In this document: positions 60,237 through 64,000 of the stretch, piece after piece
Layout: each line of letters opens with the position of its first letter
How positions within the stretch are numbered: position 1 is the first letter of the stretch
Assembly (NCBI RefSeq): GCF_963921235.1
Contig: NC_086097.1
Coordinates: forward strand, 227,480,001 to 227,544,000
Length of the DNA: 64,000 nucleotides
Direction of reading: 5' to 3'
DNA from: Mobula hypostoma
Lineage: Eukaryota
Made by a program: the position numbers and the translations under genes
The notes under the pieces: generated by a model
What the model saw: the letters and a program-made list of their open reading frames with translations, nothing else
Database searches by the model: none
What the model was told of the DNA's origin: nothing

Positions 60237-60655
60237 GTTACACGGAGGCGGCTGGAGCGACTGGAGGCGGACCCATATGCAGGACACAGGCACAGAGACG
60301 GACTTGGACTCGGCTTGAAACTCGGAACCAGGACTTGGACTTGACTTGGAACTCGGAACCAGGACTTCGACTTGATTTGGAACTCAGAACCAGGACGTGA
60401 CTCGAACTTGGAACTCGGAACTAGGACGTGACTCGAACTTGGAACTCGGAACTAGGACGTGACTCGAACTTGAACTTGGAGCATTGGGACTTGGACTCGG
60501 AGCCTTGGGACTTGGACTCGGGACTTGGAGCCTTGGGACTTGGACTCGGAACCTGGTCTAGGATTTGACCTCAGACACGGAACTGGAACTCCGACTTGGA
60601 CTCAGACAAGGAGCTTGGACTACGACTTGGAGCCGGACAAGGAGCTGGGACACGC
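60237..60655. repeat. LTR-like fragment with internal tandem repeats
   Basis: Starts tgttacacgg; 31-bp units (gacgtgactcgaacttggaactcggaactag) and ggactt/ggactc subrepeats. Confidence 0.6.
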
Positions 60656-60659
60656 ATAA

Positions 60660-61683
60660 CGTATATTAACCACCCAATAATACATTCTTAAATTAGGCAA
60701 AGTAAGACCTCCATCCTTTACCTAAGATTAAGCAAGATTGGGAAAAGAGAGCTTAATATGACCTTGATAACAGAGGTTTGGTTGCGAATTTTGAAGCTGG
60801 TTAACTCTTCTTCGATTTGTGCCAGTCATTCTCTAATTCAATTTAAAATTGTACATCATTATTATTTGACAAAGGAGAGATTGTCTAACATATTTCCTAA
60901 TGTAAATAGTCAGTGTGATAGATGCAAAACTGAGATAGCTACATTGACACATATGCTTTGGTCGTGCTCTGTATTGAAACAATTTTGGAAATCTATTTTT
61001 TCTACAATTTCTAAAGCTTTAAGAATCAATTTACAACCTAATAAATTGACAGTTTTGTTTGGTATAATTCCTCAATATATTCACGGTATTTCTATATCTG
61101 TCTAATACGTAATTGCATTTGTCACATTATTGGCTAGAAGGGCTATTTTATTAAAATGGAAAGATGCCTCTGTTCCCATTTTGATACAATGGTTTTCTCA
61201 GGCGATGTTATGTCTTAGTTTGGAAAAAATTAGAAGTTGAACTTTTGATCCTAAATTTGACTTCGAGAAAAGGTGGGGTTCTTTTGCCCGTTATTATCAT
61301 TTGACTTGAGTTAATAAAGATGGTCCTTTTCTGATGCTTGGGTATATGGATTTGGCGGTTTGATGTCTTTTTTTTATGGAAGCCTTGTATGGTGTATAGC
61401 TCCGGGTTTGTGCTCCAAATGGGTTTTTTTTCCCCTTATTTTAGTTATTAGGGGTTTTCTCTGTTTTAGTTAGTCGGGGTTCTTTTTTTCTTTCTTTCCT
61501 TTTTTTTCCAAAGGAAAAGCTTTAATACTTTATTTTTTGATTACTATTGATATACTGTTTAGCCTGGTTGATAGTTTTACTCTTGTTCTGCATATGGATA
61601 TGTTATCTTGATTATTTTGATGTATTTTTCTCTGTTGTTGATTTTCAATAATAATTAATAAAAAGATTTAAAAAGAAAAGAAA
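60660..61683 (+). mobile_element. L1-clade LINE 3' end
   Basis: ORF2 C-terminus LIQFKIVH..Y...RL...FP.....CDRC......THMLWSC....FW; T-rich 3'UTR; aataaa and A-rich tail. Confidence 0.9.
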
Positions 61684-62688
61684 GGAATTTATGAAAAGCT
61701 ATACATAAACAAAGACTGACAAGCAACCTATGCAAAAGAGACAAGTTGAGCATTTAAAAAAAAAGACTGAGAACATGTGTTGTTGAGCCTTGAAGCTGAG
61801 TGAATAGGTTGTGGAATCAGTTCAGAGTTGAGGTGAGTGAAGTTATCCACGCTGGTTCAGGGGCTTGATGGTTATAGGGTAATAACTGTTCCTGAACCTG
61901 GTGGTGTGGGACCTAAAGCTCCTGTACTCCTGCCTGATAGTAGCAGTGAGAAGGGAGCAGGCTTGGATGGTAGGGATGGTGGGGTTTCTTGTGGCAGTGC
62001 TCTCGTAATCATGCTCAGTAGTGGGGAGAGCTTTGCCTGTGATGGACTGGGGAAATTAGTCTTCTAACCCTGCTCCAGTAATTAAATTCTTTCAGCTTAA
62101 TGCTTTTAATTCTTCCTACTTTTCTTTGCTATTCTTAATTAACAAAACATTTTTAAAATTTGTGTTGTTTTTATCAATCTTCATAGATTTTAATCTTCAA
62201 GTCAGAGAAATTAAAAAGCTATGGAATTGCTTGATAGCTATTAAGAGTAAATAAAGTTTCAGGTCCAGCTTTCTACTCCATTAGAGGCTGTCAGGGGTGA
62301 CAGGAAACTCAACACAAGGCGATTCCATCTATAGCCTATCGAGCACAAGGGTGTGGAGAGTTAACAACATTCTTGCAGGAAATGCAGCTGACAATTCTGA
62401 GTAAGGGGCTGGTGTCAAGCAAAAGCTGGCCTATCTGCATTTTAAAATGTTCAATCTGCATACCAAAGCATCATTAATCTGGTCTATACGATTTTTTTGC
62501 ATTCTTGTCTTTTTGTCAAATATTTCACATTTTCTGGAGTGATGTGACCTTTCAAGGACTGTCTTCTGTAGTGTTCAGTCGTCTATTTCTCCTTGGAAAC
62601 AATCTTGTACCTCCTATATTTGTAGATGAAGGAGCCTTGATTTCCCCTAAACACAGTTTTTGTGATATATAAACATTAACTTGTATTC

Positions 62689-62986
62689 AAGCAACTCACA
62701 CAAAATGCTGGAGGAACTCAGCAGGCCAGGTTGCATCTAAGGAAAAGAGAACAGTGGATGTTTTGGGCCGAGACCCTTGATCAGGACTGGAAAAAAGATG
62801 AGGGGTCAGAGTAAGAAATTGGGGGGAGGAGTCTCGGCCCGAAACATCACTGAAATGATGAAGGGTCTCGGCCCGAAATGACGACTGTACTCTTTTCCAT
62901 AGATGCTGCCTGGCCAGCTGAGTTCCTCCAGCATTTTGAGTGTGTTGCTTGCATTTCCAGCATCTGCAGAGTTTCTCTTGTTTGTG
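62689..62986. mobile_element. Penelope-like pLTR fold-back mini-element (older subfamily)
   Basis: Inverted arms with a partial hammerhead duplication in the centre; TSD attaacttgt(a/g)ttc at 62675-62688 and 62987-63000. Confidence 0.8.
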
Positions 62987-63354
62987 ATTAACTTGTGTTC
63001 TTTTGTCTTGCTGGTTTTTACTGAGAAGTTGAATATTCCAAAATTACTAACTAACACTGCTGATGAAAGGGCCGCTGCATGGAGGAGGATAGATTGGCTT
63101 AGTACAATCAACAGAGTCCTGTATTCAGGCAATGAAGAATATTTAGGAAAATTAAATTTGCCTTTCTAGCTGGTGTTAACTGCAGCCTGAGATAAACAAT
63201 TGATCACAATGTTGCGGTAAGAGTCTCAGTCATTGGTTAGGAACATGCTACCTGCACATCCTGCTTGATTGTAGCACCTCACAAAAGTGAGGGTCATACT
63301 TTTAAAGTACGGATTCTTTATGCATTGTTTTTATGGAAGACTTCCATTGTTTTG

Positions 63355-64000
63355 ATGGGAGTTGTATACAGACCCCCCCAAACAGTAACAAGGATGTTGC
63401 CTACAAATTACAACAGGAGATAGAAAACCACATGGCAAAATGGCAATGTTGCAATAGTCATGGGGGATTTCAATATGCAGCTAGATTGGGAAAATCAGGT
63501 TGGTGCTGGAATACAGGAGAGGGAATTTCTAGGGTGCTACAAGAATGCCTTTTAGAGCATCGCGTGGTTGAGCCCACTAGAGGATCACCTATTCTGGGTT
63601 AGGTGTTGTGCAGTGAACCAGAATTGATTAAAGAGTGTGAAGTAAGAGAATCCTTAGGGTCAAGTGATCATAATATGATCAAATTCACGCTGAAATTTGA
63701 GAAGGAGAAGAGAAAGTCAGATGTATTAGTATTACAGTGGAGTAAAGGGAATTACAGAGGTATGAGAGAGGACTGGTTAGAAATGATTGGAAAAGAACTC
63801 TGGCAGGGATGACAGCAGAGCAGCAATGGTAGGAACTCCTAGAAGCAATTTGGAAGGCACAGGATATATACATCCCAAAGAGGAAGAAGTATCCTAATGG
63901 AAAGATGAAACAACCATAGCTAACAAGGAAAATCAAAGCCAACATAAAAGTCAAAGAGAGAGCATGTAATAAAAGATTAGTGGGAAGTTTAGGGGATTGG
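63355..64000 (+). mobile_element. CR1 ORF2 endonuclease region (runs off window)
   Basis: GVVYRPPNS, VMGDF, VEPTRG..IL, ESLGSSDHNMIKF, WSKGNYRGMRE. Confidence 0.88.

Overview
Eukaryotic, repeat-dense non-coding DNA. The repeat landscape (CR1, Rex1/Babar, RTE, L1, L2, Penelope-like elements, tRNA-derived SINEs, Tc1, Tigger/pogo, hAT MITEs, one Gypsy provirus) suggests a cartilaginous fish, probably a ray; this is inference. I cannot support any host protein-coding exon: every long ORF is transposon-derived. Two ribozyme-like systems stand out. (1) Many Penelope terminal-repeat (pLTR) pieces carry a minimal hammerhead motif, AGUC-CUGANGA-stemII-GAAACGUC-GACU. Six of them form 210-300 bp ORF-less fold-back insertions with 12-15 bp target-site duplications (TSDs), and the two arms of the younger copies share copy-private variants. 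(2) A ~560 bp ORF-less RTE-type element inserted in the Gypsy gag gene begins at a predicted HDV-like double-pseudoknot ribozyme with an unusual hairpin inserted in L3. Also seen: an RTE copy with a twin-priming-type inversion, a 2.4 kb 27-bp minisatellite with higher-order blocks, a ~290 bp palindrome inside a Tigger-like element, and a ~4.5 kb repeat-free island containing a candidate 4-nt microexon. Boundaries of decayed repeats are approximate, and all RNA structures were paired by eye.
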